Positions 23,354 to 34,465 of a DNA stretch of 64,000 nt are shown piece after piece (the first letter of the stretch is position 1; every line of letters starts with the position of its first letter). The position numbers and the translations under genes were made by a program. A model generated the notes under the pieces. That model was given only the letters and a program-made list of their open reading frames with translations, searched no databases and was not told the origin of the DNA. Origin of the DNA: Curvularia clavata (taxonomy: Eukaryota). The stretch spans positions 3,472,001 through 3,536,000 of the forward strand of contig CP089276.1 of assembly GCA_023920165.1 (NCBI GenBank), written 5' to 3'.

Positions 23354-26300
23354 ATGACCGCAGCAAACCCTCCACCAGGCACCTTGCCGGTGGAGCACCT
23401 CAATGGATCCGATCCCTTTCTTGCTCTACCGCAAGATGCCCAGAGGCGCTACTCCGCCTTCGACAATTCCGAATTCTCCCTCTATGTCAACGGATCCCCT
23501 GCCCAGGCTAAGCGCGCCCTCGAAGCACACTTGGCCGAGACAACACGTCGCCTACAAGAGACATCGCAGCTAGGCAGCGCACTCGTCCAGCAGCGAAAGG
23601 AGCTCGAGGACAGGTTGCATGAAGTGGAACAGCAACAGGAGGAGAATGATATCGGGCAGGATCTGCGCCAGAAGCTGACCGAGCTGGAGAGGGAGTTCAA
23701 TGAGGTGGGAAGGGAGACGGCTCGTGTCTTCCTCCCCAAGTCTCGTGTTCCTAGCGGAGAGACTGACCCTGCGGGCGGTTCCGTTTACTCGAGTGAGGCC
23801 TTCCAATCGCCCACAAAAGTGAGCGTGCCGTCTCGGAAGCAGAAGAACCAAGCCCCTAGCCGTATCAACGACATTGCGCTAGCAACGGAAATCTCCACGT
23901 CTCTGCTGTCCCAACTCAAGGAGCTCCAGGCGGTCCTCCTGGAGAAAGACGAGGCCCTTAAGGCAGCCGATCTTGACAGGTCTCAGCTCGAAATCGAGGT
24001 CGAAGGCTTATCCCACCGTTTGCGGACTTTGGATGAGAGCGAGTCGCGGCTGAAAGACGTCAACTGGAGCCTGGAAACCCAAATCCGCGAGTCTGAATTG
24101 CAATCCAAGTCGGCAGCTGACAAGGAAAACCGCCTCAACCATGCCCTCAATCTCGCACGCACAGAGAGGACAAACTTGGAACGGGAATTAGAAGAATTGA
24201 AGCAGATGTACACCAAGCTCAACGACGATCACATCAACAAGGTCAAGCAGCATGAGACTGAGCTCGCTAGCCTTCGTCGCAATGTAGCCATGACCGAAAC
24301 CGAAAAGGGTGCCATGCAGCGCAAAGTGGAGGAACTCGCGGCCAAGAACCAGCAGCTGGCACAGGCTATCGCCTGGCGCGCAAGGTCTGAGGAGCGAGGC
24401 CGCTCTGAAGATTCGTCTCCGGATGACAGTTTCGTGGAAAGACACTCGGGAACCCCAGAGCACTCCCCTGCACCCTCACCAAGCAAGGCTACTCCTCGCC
24501 ACGGCATGCTCGAGACAGAGACACTGAAGCACTCCCTTCAGCACGCCCACCGTATGATCCAGCAACTCAAAAACAACATCCATCGCGAAAAGACCGAGAA
24601 AATCGAGCTGAAGCGAGTCCTGCAAGATACCCGTGATGAACTGGACACAGCCCGCGCTCAGGTTGCACCTGGCAGCGCCAGCAAGCGAAGGAAGAGTGAA
24701 AAGGATCTGTTCAAGAAACCTCCTCGACCAGATCGTCTTGGTGCCTTGCGTAGCGGCACACAGGAGATCATTGAGGATGATGAATGGGAAGAGGAGGAAG
24801 GTATGCCAAGTACTCCCAGTCGACAACCACAGCTTTCAATGTCTACTTCTCGAGTGTTCACTAGTGGAAACGCTTCTGCTGCCGAAACTAGCGGATACGA
24901 AGGATTCGAGACTGCCAACGAAACCTCGGATGCTGCTTTTGAGACTGCAAACGAACGTGATGGTATGGCAACCGAATCGGACGCTTTCCAGACGGGAGCA
25001 GAGACGCTCGATGGGGACAGCAGCGACCAGCTGACGGAGACTGAAGCTCGGCCTGTCAAGCTTAGTGCGCGTCGCAGTCGACCCTCGTTCACAAGCCGAG
25101 GCCGTGCCGCTTCCTACGAGAGTACAGCTTCCGCCTCTGGCGACGATTACAGCGAGACAGATCTGAGGACGCCATTGCAACACCAAGGTTCTCGTCTTCG
25201 GTTGAGGCCAAGCAGCTCTCGCAGATCAACGCCCAAGATTGGCGCAGGCTTGTTCGCTAGTACACCACCGGCGTCTAGGGATTCTCCTGCTAGCTACATG
25301 AGCAGTAGCAACGAGAACACACCTGCTCAGGGCAAGAGCCTGTTTGCAGAGTTGAACGATTTGAGCGACGGCGATAGTTCTGCCGATGGTACTGTCGAGG
25401 GTACACCAAGCCGACCCAGTATCATACACTCGCGTCAGTCGTCAACAGATGCATTCCGAAGGACCATAACTGCTCCACCCAGGCCGCTCATGGTAGACTC
25501 GGGTATGATGACTGAGCCGGATATCCCTGAGCACATCACAATATCTTCCATCTCTACTCAGGCTACTCAACCGCAGGCCGTCCGCATGCCCGCCTTGCAA
25601 ATGTCTTCACTACGATCACACGACACGAACCCACAGGCTCCACTCCGACAAGATCTTCAAGTGTCTTCGATTTCTGCGCACAACACAGAGCCTAAGCAAG
25701 CACTGCCACCGAGACTTGACCTCTCGAGCGTTTCTGCAAGCGAAACCAGTTCTCGTGCACCGCAGATGCCTCAGTTGGCTATGTCCTCCTTGTCGGCTCA
25801 CGGAACTGAGCCACAAGCTCCCTCTGTACCATTGTCAACTCTTTCTTCTCTGCATTCCCTAGACACCACGCCTCGTGCTGTCCCTGTCGCCCCGTTAGAT
25901 ATGTCATCTGTGGTTGCCCACACAACAGAGCCTCGACATGCTTCGCCACAACCTCTTGGTTTATCAGGCTTCTCGTCTCAGATCACAGAGCCCCGAAGGT
26001 CTACTCCACCGCCCCTTGTAATGTCGGATCTCACATCTCAGGGCACGGAGCCTCGGAGATCGACATCGCCATCTCTTGGACTTTCAAGCTTCTCGTCTCA
26101 GGGCACTGAACCTGTTGCGCCAAATGTCCATGAGCCAATTAACCCTTCTTTGGATGTTTCCTCTATCTCCCACCAGGCTACCGAGCCAAAGGATGTTGAG
26201 ACCCCAAAGATGTTGGCTCCAACACAGCTGTTGAGGTCCACTATCTCAACTGAGTCAATAAGGCCTGTAGAAAAGACTGAGTCTACCACTGATATCTCTA

Positions 26301-29008
26301 AGTCTGTATCAACTCCTGAAGAGGCCGTTTCGACCCGGTCGCTGCAGATGCATCAACCACAAGTCCTGCAGATTTCACAGGTTGCTGCTCACGCGACTGA
26401 GCCAAGGGATGAGGTGCGCAAACAGGCACCACTACACATGTCGGCCCTTGCATCTCATGAAATCGCGCCCAAGGATGCACTCCAAGCACCGCCTCCCACA
26501 TTGTCAACAACCTTGACCCAGGTTATTGAGCCACGAGTGCCGAGCCGCGAGAGACCTCAACTTTCTCAGCTCTCTTCGCACGTTGCAACTGCGCCTGTTG
26601 CACCACAACCACCCCGTATGCAACTGTCAAGCTTTTCAGTGCAGTCCACCGATCCAGTCGAGATGCCAAAGCCAGCTCCACAACAACTGTCGTCACTATC
26701 GTTCCAAGTGTCACAACCCAAGGAGCCGTTGCAACCAGCACCATCATCATTCTCTAATCTGTCGTCAAACGCAACAGAACCAATGGCGCCAAAGACCCCA
26801 GCTTTCATGGATCTCTCGCGCGTAGAATCTCAGACAACAGATCCTGTCCAACCAGCACAAGATGTGCCATCGCAACTTTCGTTGGTCAATGCAGTTCAGA
26901 CAGAACCCTTCCTGCCAAACGTTCCCCTGGGATCTGTGCTTGACGTTTCTGACGTACAAACCGTCCATGATGCCCAGCCTGAGTCGCCAACACTTCCGGC
27001 ATTCCTTCCAGCTCCTACAAGCCGGCCATCCACAGCAAACAAAGAAGGAAAGCCTGTCATGAGCTTCTCATCTGTGGCAACTCAAAACATTGAGCCATTG
27101 GCACCGTCAAGACCTGTGACCGCGCACAGAGACATCACACCCCTCTCAATATCAACCATCACTCAAACAGAGACGGTGGAACGCAACCAGCAACTGGTAC
27201 CCAAGATTAGCTACTCTGACGCCAGCCCAACCACAAGCAGGGATGCCTCGACTATCACTGCTCCTTCGTCAGAAGAGAAGCGAGACACACGTGTACCTCT
27301 TATGCCTATTAGCGCCAACACCCCTGGCAAGAGAAGTGCAACGCAAATGACTGACGGAGGCACTCAGACCATGGTGTCTGCCGAGCAAATCGACAAGTTG
27401 CTTCTTGCTCGAAGTCAGTTGTGGAGTAGCACAGCAGCTGTAGCTGGGTCAGACAAGGCTCTTCCTTTGCCCGGATCGCCAACAAAGCAAGTGCCTGATC
27501 CTCTGAGGACTCCAAGACGTCCCGGCAGCTCTTCAAGCGTGCGCTCCCGTATGGACACGCCTCCTCCGCTGCCACGAGACCACAAGGAAGTCATTGCTGC
27601 GGCATCCCTCAGGCCAATGTCTCCAGGATCCATGGGACCACCCTCGCTTCCTGCCTCAGCCTACAAGAAACGACCACAAACGCCAACCATCAAGACAAGC
27701 AATAACAATCTCACGCCTTTGACAGGCGGTACCACCCCACGTATGCGTCGCCCATCGCAGCGAAGCGGAGCGTCTTCGCCCATCAGCCGTAGGTCATCGC
27801 TGTCGTCATTCACATCGGAGATTGATCAGCGCTTCAACATCCCTGGAGGTCCATCCTTCGCTCCAGGCGGACTGGCTGCTGGTGCCACAGATCCACGCAT
27901 GATTCAGGCCATCACTCAAACTATGATTGGTGAGTACCTATGGAAGTACACTCGCAAGACTGGGCGTGAAGACATGTCTGAAAAACGTCATCGTCGCTTT
28001 TTCTGGATTCATCCCTACACGAGAACTCTGTACTGGAGTGATCGCGACCCTCAGAGTGCCGACAAATCAACACTGAAAGCCAAGAGTGTGGCTATCGAGT
28101 CTGTCCTGGAAGTCGATGATCCCAACCCTCTCCCTCCTGGACTGCATCAGAAGAGTTTACTTGTCATCACCCCCGGCCGCTCAATGAAGTTCACTGCCAC
28201 TACGGGTCAGAGACACGAGACCTGGTTTAACGCTCTGAACTATCTGTGCCAGCGCATAGAAGAAGGGGACGAAAAGACTTCCCCAGTGTCGGAGCAGAGG
28301 CCTGGAACCGATGAAATTCAAGATGAGTTCAACGGCGGATACCGAAGCTCCTCTCGTATGACAGGTCGGTCGAGAGCCTCAGTGGCATCATACGCTACCA
28401 GGCGCCCATCGTCTCGCGACACTACCCAGGTACCTACGCTCCGACAGTCGAACTACACTCAGCAACGTGCACTCTCGACTGAGCCGCCAGCTCATGGTTC
28501 GGTCACAAACAGATTCACCAGCATGCTTCGACCAAGTGCCACCAATATACGAGGATCCTTCTCAAGCCGTAGAAGCAGCAAGACTAGTGCACCGGAGACA
28601 CCGATGTATGAAGAACCTAGCGCCGCTCATATGGAGCTCAGCCGTGATATCCACGAGCACCTAGAGCGCGACGAGGACTTCATGCCCAACGTCCGAGCGT
28701 GCTGCGACGGTCAGTCACTTCCCTTCTATGTTAAGTATGATATTCGAGCTAACATCTACAAAGGCAAGCACGATGTTGGACATCTCCATTCACACTCGGT
28801 TAGAGGTCGACACATTAAGGCCTCTAGCTCACGCCCTTCGCTCTTTGGGTCAATGAGCTCACGTGCCCAGTCTCGAGCTGAGTCGCGTGCAGAATCTCGC
28901 ACAGAGTCTCGCACCGAGTCTCGCATTGAGTCACGCACTGAGATGCGCAATGAACAACTCCGCCACCAAACTGAGATGGAGGCAGCCAACTACTCAGCTG
29001 GTGCATAA
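23354..29008 (+). CDS. NUM1: Cortical nuclear migration protein Num1/ApsA (coiled coil, central repeats, C-terminal PH domain); in-frame intron 28710-28763
   Basis: Coiled coil with NNIHREKTEKIELKR. PH domain TDPRMIQAITQTMIGEYLWKYTRK...HRRFFWIHPYTRTLYWS. Splicing restores NVRACCDGKHDV. Confidence 0.92.
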   Translation: MTAANPPPGTLPVEHLNGSDPFLALPQDAQRRYSAFDNSEFSLYVNGSPAQAKRALEAHLAETTRRLQETSQLGSALVQQRKELEDRLHEVEQQQEENDIGQDLRQKLTELEREFNEVGRETARVFLPKSRVPSGETDPAGGSVYSSEAFQSPTKVSVPSRKQKNQAPSRINDIALATEISTSLLSQLKELQAVLLEKDEALKAADLDRSQLEIEVEGLSHRLRTLDESESRLKDVNWSLETQIRESELQSKSAADKENRLNHALNLARTERTNLERELEELKQMYTKLNDDHINKVKQHETELASLRRNVAMTETEKGAMQRKVEELAAKNQQLAQAIAWRARSEERGRSEDSSPDDSFVERHSGTPEHSPAPSPSKATPRHGMLETETLKHSLQHAHRMIQQLKNNIHREKTEKIELKRVLQDTRDELDTARAQVAPGSASKRRKSEKDLFKKPPRPDRLGALRSGTQEIIEDDEWEEEEGMPSTPSRQPQLSMSTSRVFTSGNASAAETSGYEGFETANETSDAAFETANERDGMATESDAFQTGAETLDGDSSDQLTETEARPVKLSARRSRPSFTSRGRAASYESTASASGDDYSETDLRTPLQHQGSRLRLRPSSSRRSTPKIGAGLFASTPPASRDSPASYMSSSNENTPAQGKSLFAELNDLSDGDSSADGTVEGTPSRPSIIHSRQSSTDAFRRTITAPPRPLMVDSGMMTEPDIPEHITISSISTQATQPQAVRMPALQMSSLRSHDTNPQAPLRQDLQVSSISAHNTEPKQALPPRLDLSSVSASETSSRAPQMPQLAMSSLSAHGTEPQAPSVPLSTLSSLHSLDTTPRAVPVAPLDMSSVVAHTTEPRHASPQPLGLSGFSSQITEPRRSTPPPLVMSDLTSQGTEPRRSTSPSLGLSSFSSQGTEPVAPNVHEPINPSLDVSSISHQATEPKDVETPKMLAPTQLLRSTISTESIRPVEKTESTTDISKSVSTPEEAVSTRSLQMHQPQVLQISQVAAHATEPRDEVRKQAPLHMSALASHEIAPKDALQAPPPTLSTTLTQVIEPRVPSRERPQLSQLSSHVATAPVAPQPPRMQLSSFSVQSTDPVEMPKPAPQQLSSLSFQVSQPKEPLQPAPSSFSNLSSNATEPMAPKTPAFMDLSRVESQTTDPVQPAQDVPSQLSLVNAVQTEPFLPNVPLGSVLDVSDVQTVHDAQPESPTLPAFLPAPTSRPSTANKEGKPVMSFSSVATQNIEPLAPSRPVTAHRDITPLSISTITQTETVERNQQLVPKISYSDASPTTSRDASTITAPSSEEKRDTRVPLMPISANTPGKRSATQMTDGGTQTMVSAEQIDKLLLARSQLWSSTAAVAGSDKALPLPGSPTKQVPDPLRTPRRPGSSSSVRSRMDTPPPLPRDHKEVIAAASLRPMSPGSMGPPSLPASAYKKRPQTPTIKTSNNNLTPLTGGTTPRMRRPSQRSGASSPISRRSSLSSFTSEIDQRFNIPGGPSFAPGGLAAGATDPRMIQAITQTMIGEYLWKYTRKTGREDMSEKRHRRFFWIHPYTRTLYWSDRDPQSADKSTLKAKSVAIESVLEVDDPNPLPPGLHQKSLLVITPGRSMKFTATTGQRHETWFNALNYLCQRIEEGDEKTSPVSEQRPGTDEIQDEFNGGYRSSSRMTGRSRASVASYATRRPSSRDTTQVPTLRQSNYTQQRALSTEPPAHGSVTNRFTSMLRPSATNIRGSFSSRRSSKTSAPETPMYEEPSAAHMELSRDIHEHLERDEDFMPNVRACCDGQSLPFYVKYDIRANIYKGKHDVGHLHSHSVRGRHIKASSSRPSLFGSMSSRAQSRAESRAESRTESRTESRIESRTEMRNEQLRHQTEMEAANYSAGA
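28859..28942 (+). repeat. Seven imperfect 12-bp tandem units encoding SRxE/Q in the Num1 C-terminus
   Basis: tcacgtgcccag tctcgagctgag tcgcgtgcagaa tctcgcacagag tctcgcaccgag tctcgcattgag tcacgcactgag. Confidence 0.9.
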
Positions 29009-30038
29009 GCTCCACTCACTCTACCCATAATCCTTACCCCCCCAAAAAAAACAATCTCACTTAGGTTTCCTTTGGCGACCTTGGACTAGTCCAATGATTT
29101 GACTGACATTCTTTATTTTCCTAGTATTTTGTATCACTCGCGGGAGTCGGTCCCTTTTTCCTATGTCTATCTCTGTCCGTTTTGCGGCTTTCGGATATTA
29201 CACTTCGATTTGGTTTCGCATCAAACAACAAATAAACTTCGGAAGCTCGCTGCAGGAGCCTGGAGCATGGCGTTCAGCGGCAAGACACTGCCTGTCTGAC
29301 GTGCACAGCGTGCTCGACTGTGGATGGAGCTGTACACTGAGACGACCTAACGCTTCTCGTTCGGACTAAGTTCCGACTTTGTCTTGTTTGTTGAGGGTTG
29401 CTTCAGTATCATTTGTAACTAGATCCTTCTCTCTCTTCACTCCGGAGTTGTCAACTTTTACATGTTTGATTCAGCAGCATATCGGAGTTGGATTATGTTT
29501 GTAGGTGGTGATAGAAGCACACTAACGGCGAATGGCTAGAGTGATAGGAGCCAATGAAGAAAGACGTAAATTGGACATGATTGTGCTGTTGCTCGTGACT
29601 CTGCAGAAGCCTCGAGAAACTTGGCCATGTGACGCGACGACGGGTAATGGGACCAAAGTGGGTGGTTCATGCAGGTCTTGTCCGGGGGCAAAATGCCAAG
29701 AATCTGCGTCACCGCTAAACCGTAGTGCTAGACCGAACTTTCGCTCCTGGCCAGACGCGAGGCCCATTTGCCTGCTCCCTCCTTTAACAACAACAAGACT
29801 AATCGCACACGCCGTTTCCTTGTCCCACCTTCGTTTCAGCAACTGCCGGCAGCTACCTGTATACCTATAATAGACTTTCGAGCCACTGCAACGAACGCCT
29901 AATAACCCACACCTGCGCAAACACGCCAAAGCGCGACCACGCACACGACACGACTAGACCTCCCCAGCAAATCCGCGCACCGACGCCGACGACAAACTCA
30001 CCTTTGGCCACCAGCGATTTCAATACACATCCGCAACC

Positions 30039-30794
30039 ATGGCGCGTAACTCGGAAAAGGCGCATTCGATGCTGTTCCGCTTCCGCGCTGCGCAGGCCGC
30101 TGAGGCAGGAATCATCGACATCTCTCGCACGCGCCGCCCCAAGCTAATCACATCGGTCAACTCTATTCCCGTGTGCGAAAAATGGCGTGGACAAGTCCTT
30201 AAGGAAATCTCGCGCAAAGTCACAAAGATCCAGGACGAGGCGCTCTCAGATTACCAGATTCGCGATCTCAACGATGAGATCAACAAGCTTATGAGGGAAA
30301 AGCACATGTGGGAGAGCCAGATCAGGACACTAGGAGGACCTAATTACATGCGAGGCGGGCGGGTACTGGATGAAGAAGGGCGCGAAGTGCCAGGCGGCGG
30401 CAAAGGGTACCGGTATTTTGGGCGAGCAAAAGAGTTGCCAGGTGTCAAGGAGCTTTTTGAACGACAAAGTCGTCCAGAGGATGACATGGACAAGGGACGC
30501 GAGAAGAGAAGCGAGCTGAGACAAAAGGTGGATGCTGGTTACTATGGCTACAACCTGGACGAAGAAGACGGCACGCTGCTAGCATACGAGAAAGCCAAGG
30601 AACGGGAGGCCTGGGACAACTTCATGTTACTGGGTGACGATCTGAACGAGAAACCGAGCAAAGTACAAAAAGAGTGGGTTGAGCTACCCGGTGACGCGGG
30701 TGATGGTGTACGATGGCGAGTCCCCACCCTTGAGGAGGTGAACAATGAGCTCGTCGAACGCAGGAGGAGGAAGCTACTCGAGAAATTGGGATGA
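30039..30794 (+). CDS. ISY1: Pre-mRNA splicing factor Isy1 (NTC component)
   Basis: MARNSEKAHSMLFRF, CEKWRGQVLKEISRKV, YQIRDLNDEINKL, GYRYFGRAKELPGVKELF. Confidence 0.96.
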   Translation: MARNSEKAHSMLFRFRAAQAAEAGIIDISRTRRPKLITSVNSIPVCEKWRGQVLKEISRKVTKIQDEALSDYQIRDLNDEINKLMREKHMWESQIRTLGGPNYMRGGRVLDEEGREVPGGGKGYRYFGRAKELPGVKELFERQSRPEDDMDKGREKRSELRQKVDAGYYGYNLDEEDGTLLAYEKAKEREAWDNFMLLGDDLNEKPSKVQKEWVELPGDAGDGVRWRVPTLEEVNNELVERRRRKLLEKLG

Positions 30795-31450
30795 TTAGAA
30801 CGATGACAGCATTCGATGCACGCGCTCCTCCATTTTAGTGGAGTCGTGGGAAGGGGGAGGTTCCGAAACTGTACAACAGCAGATTGCAGCATTTGTCTTT
30901 TTGTTTTGTTTCGTTTTCTGGAACCACATTCTTTTCTTGTTCTTCGAGGCCAGAAGAAGTCGAGGAGAAGAAAAAAAGTATCAAAGACCGATATACCCCT
31001 TTTATGGCCGAACAAAACTCGGCTATTACACACCAAAAGCTCATAGTATGTATATCAGTATGTATCATTGATGGACGAGCAAGAGCTAGTCCAGAGCTAG
31101 AGCGTATGAATTAAGAAGTTTTATAGAAGCAGATGAAGGGTGGCTTTTGTGACATGAAGTAGAGTGTTTTCGAGAGAAGAGATGGCTTCTTGTTTTCATG
31201 CTGGCTACGGGATGATGTGGAAGGGCTTGGGTATCTCATTTATTTCCTGTGGAGTTCTTCTTTACAGCAAAGCCACTCTGTTACTTGCGCATTACTCTCT
31301 ACTGTTTCCCGACGAACAGCATGTTCCTTCAGCATATGGCGTCGATCCCTGCGCACCTTCTTTTCCCTTCTCTGGCTCTTGCTTACACCACCCACTTGAG
31401 TATACCGTCCTAGAGTAATGATAATTGCCGTCTCTTTACTACCCCGCAAC

Positions 31451-32162
31451 TCAAGTCGTGAACAGGGTATCTTCTTCTCTGAGATACTCGCCGATATCTG
31501 CTTGTCTGAACGTGACAATGCCCGTAGGATCCAATTTTCTCGCATCAGCTGTCGACCTTGCACTTACGCCGAAGCCCTGTACTTCGTTAGCACCAAGCTT
31601 CCACAACCTACATTCATAGAGAATCATCGCTCCAGAATCAAAGCGGTGGGCTTCCCCAAACTTACCAATGGCGTGTCATTCATACTTAGCACCACTACAC
31701 CCTGGTGCTCGGGACAATCCTCACTCCACCTTCCCACATGCGCCTTGAGCACGTTTCCCCCGTACAAGAACGGCATCTCGCCATTCTGCTTCACCCACAC
31801 CTTGTATCTTGCGTGCGGCGCAATGACGCTCAAGGCAGTAATGTGGAGCCTGAACTTGCCCGTCTTTGTGAATTTTCCAAGGCAGATGCCGAGAGAGAGG
31901 AGGTTGTCGCGCGCAACGCTGGTCGCGAGGTTGGCGATGGATTCGCGGACGTAGTAGACTCGTGAGCCCTAGAATGAATTGTAAGTAAAGGAAATGGACG
32001 ATTTGGCTTTTGGAAGGAGAGTGGTGAAGTTACCTGTACGCGGAAGACGTTGCGGTCGGAGCCGCCAGCTGGGTCGGCAATCAGGTTTGTTATGCCTTTG
32101 CCGCAGTAGGAAGCAAGTTTTTCGAAGAGGGTTCTGGTCTCGGGCTCGGTGAGGGGCCTCAT
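31451..32162 (-). CDS. NIP7: 60S ribosome biogenesis protein Nip7; exons 32162-32034, 31968-31666, 31576-31451
   Basis: [34 protein letters not shown]-domain [15 protein letters not shown]-terminal [17 protein letters not shown]. Two canonical introns. Confidence 0.95.
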
Positions 32163-32416
32163 TTTTGCGTTTGTATACTCTTGAGTTTTTATGGTGGTTT
32201 GGATCTGGGGGAGGGGAGCTGGGCTTCTGGGCGCAAGTTCGCAAAGCCGAGAGAGAGGGATCTGCTTTGCCCAAAAAAATGTGGAGCGCAAAGCGGGCTA
32301 GTCTCCGCCGCGGCCAAAATTTCCTGAGCGCGCGTTTTGCGTACACTCTGCGATACCACCAGTGCAGCGGGACATTCTGGCCCTGCCTTTTTTTCTATTT
32401 CGCATACAATCGCATT

Positions 32417-34465
32417 ATGTCTCGAGTTCCGGCCGCCAAGCGACGAAGACTGTCGCCGCCAGAGGATGGAGCGCCTGATAACGCAGCGACAACGGTCGAT
32501 CACAAGGCGACGTTCTTGAAGAATGCCGCGAAATGGGATCTCGAGCAGGACTACGAAACTCGGCCGCGCAAACTGAAGAAGCAAAAGGAAAACAAGAAAC
32601 TGCCTGTTAGGACAATAGAGGGTTGGGTGGCGCCGCAGCCTACTGCGGAGGATGTTAAAGAGGAAGACGACTCGGACAGCTTTCTAGGCACGGGCAGCGA
32701 GGATGAGGGAGACGAGGATGTTGAGGAGGAAGAAGAGGTGGAGGAAAAGAAGCCAAAGATACCTGCGCGACAGCAAATACTGGAAGCCAAAGAAGAGCTC
32801 GCTCGGATAGCAAGTCTGATCAATGAGGACCCAGAAGAACACATTGGAGCATTGAAGACACTACAAGCGCTTGCGGAATCGGAGAACTATACAGTCAAGA
32901 AATTGGCATTGGCAACGCAGGCCTCCATCTTCAAGGACGTTATCCCCGGTTACAGGATACGACCGCTGTCAGAAGAAAAAATGCAGGAGAAAATCTCCAA
33001 GGAAGTTAAGAAGCTGCGACTGTTTGAGCAAAAGCTGGTGTCGGGTTATGAGACATATGTCAAGCACCTGGGTAAACTGGCGAAGTCGAGCGGTTCAGAC
33101 AAAGAGCAGGTTGCGAGCCTGGCTACGGTTGCTGTGAGCTGCGCATGCAACCTGCTGAATTCAGTCCCGCACTTCAACTTCCGCAGCGAGCTTCTTAAGA
33201 TCCTGGTTGGCAAGCTAAGCACACGAAAAGTGGATGCCGATTTTGTGCGGTGTAGGGAGGCCATGGAGACGCTGTTTCAGAACGACGAGGACGGCAATGC
33301 TTCATTAGAGGCTGTTACCATGTTGACCAAGATGATGAAAAGTCGAAACTACCACTTTGATGAGAGTGTGCTGAACACATTTTTACATCTTCGGTTGCTG
33401 TCCGAGTTTGCACAAAAGGCTTCGTATCATTCTGTTGATAAGGCAGAGGAACCAACAATCAATGGGAAGAAGCAGAAGCAGAAGCGCGAGTTTAGGACGA
33501 AGAGGCTGCGAAAAGAGCTCAAAGAGAAAAAGGCAATTGAGAAAGAGTTCAAGGAGGCTGATGCGGCGGTTAGCCACGAGGAGCGTGACCGGATGCAGGC
33601 AGAGACACTCAAGATGGTGTTCGTGGCATACTTTAGGATCCTGAAGGCGCGTTCAGCGAAGCTCATGGGTGCTGTGTTGGAAGGTCTGGCGCGATATGCG
33701 CACTTGATCAACCAGGACTTCTTTGGTGATATCCTCGAAGCACTACGGGACATTATCGCAACCGCCGAACTCACAGCCGCTGCGGCCGCCATGGACGACG
33801 ATGACGCTTCGGATGAAGATGACGACGAGGCACCCGAGCGCAACCTCACGCGCGAGTCTCTCCTCTGCGTCATCACAGCCTTTGCCCTTCTCGAAGGCCA
33901 AGAAGGCGCGAAAACAGCATCAGCGCTTAAACTCGACCTCAGCTACTTCATCACCCATCTCTACCGCACATTACACCCTGTAGCGCTGAACCCAGATATC
34001 GAACTGAGCTCCAAGTCCCTCCACCTCGCCGACCCCAATGGCGGAATCTCACACGCCGATACAGCCAAAATCAACGTCCAAACCACCATTGTCCTTTTAA
34101 TCCGCTCCCTTTCTTCTGTCCTTCTCCCCGCCACCTCAATCCGCGCCGTGCCCCCTCTCCGTGTCGCTGCTTTCGCAAAGCAACTCATGACCGTCTCCAT
34201 GCATCTGCCTGAAAAGTCTTGCACGGCTATGCTTGGCCTGCTGAACCGCATCACCAAGACGCACGGCAAAAAGGTGGCTCCGCTATGGAATACAGAGGAG
34301 AGGAGAGGCGATGGTGTGTTCGATCCTCTAAAGCCGGAAATTGAGGGTAGTAATCCTTTTGCGGGGACGGTCTGGGAAGGAGAGATTCTGAGGAGGCATT
34401 TTGCGCCAAGTGTGAGGGAAGCGGTGAAGGGGGTGGAGAAGAACGTGCTCGAGGCGAGCAAGTAG
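32417..34465 (+). CDS. NOC3: Nucleolar complex protein 3 (CBF/Mak21 family)
   Basis: AKEELARIAS...EDPEE, IFKDVIPGYRIRPL, PHFNFR, VLEGLARYAHLINQDFFGD. First ATG at 32417; the ORF track's TTG extension is not used. Confidence 0.94.
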   Translation: MSRVPAAKRRRLSPPEDGAPDNAATTVDHKATFLKNAAKWDLEQDYETRPRKLKKQKENKKLPVRTIEGWVAPQPTAEDVKEEDDSDSFLGTGSEDEGDEDVEEEEEVEEKKPKIPARQQILEAKEELARIASLINEDPEEHIGALKTLQALAESENYTVKKLALATQASIFKDVIPGYRIRPLSEEKMQEKISKEVKKLRLFEQKLVSGYETYVKHLGKLAKSSGSDKEQVASLATVAVSCACNLLNSVPHFNFRSELLKILVGKLSTRKVDADFVRCREAMETLFQNDEDGNASLEAVTMLTKMMKSRNYHFDESVLNTFLHLRLLSEFAQKASYHSVDKAEEPTINGKKQKQKREFRTKRLRKELKEKKAIEKEFKEADAAVSHEERDRMQAETLKMVFVAYFRILKARSAKLMGAVLEGLARYAHLINQDFFGDILEALRDIIATAELTAAAAAMDDDDASDEDDDEAPERNLTRESLLCVITAFALLEGQEGAKTASALKLDLSYFITHLYRTLHPVALNPDIELSSKSLHLADPNGGISHADTAKINVQTTIVLLIRSLSSVLLPATSIRAVPPLRVAAFAKQLMTVSMHLPEKSCTAMLGLLNRITKTHGKKVAPLWNTEERRGDGVFDPLKPEIEGSNPFAGTVWEGEILRRHFAPSVREAVKGVEKNVLEASK

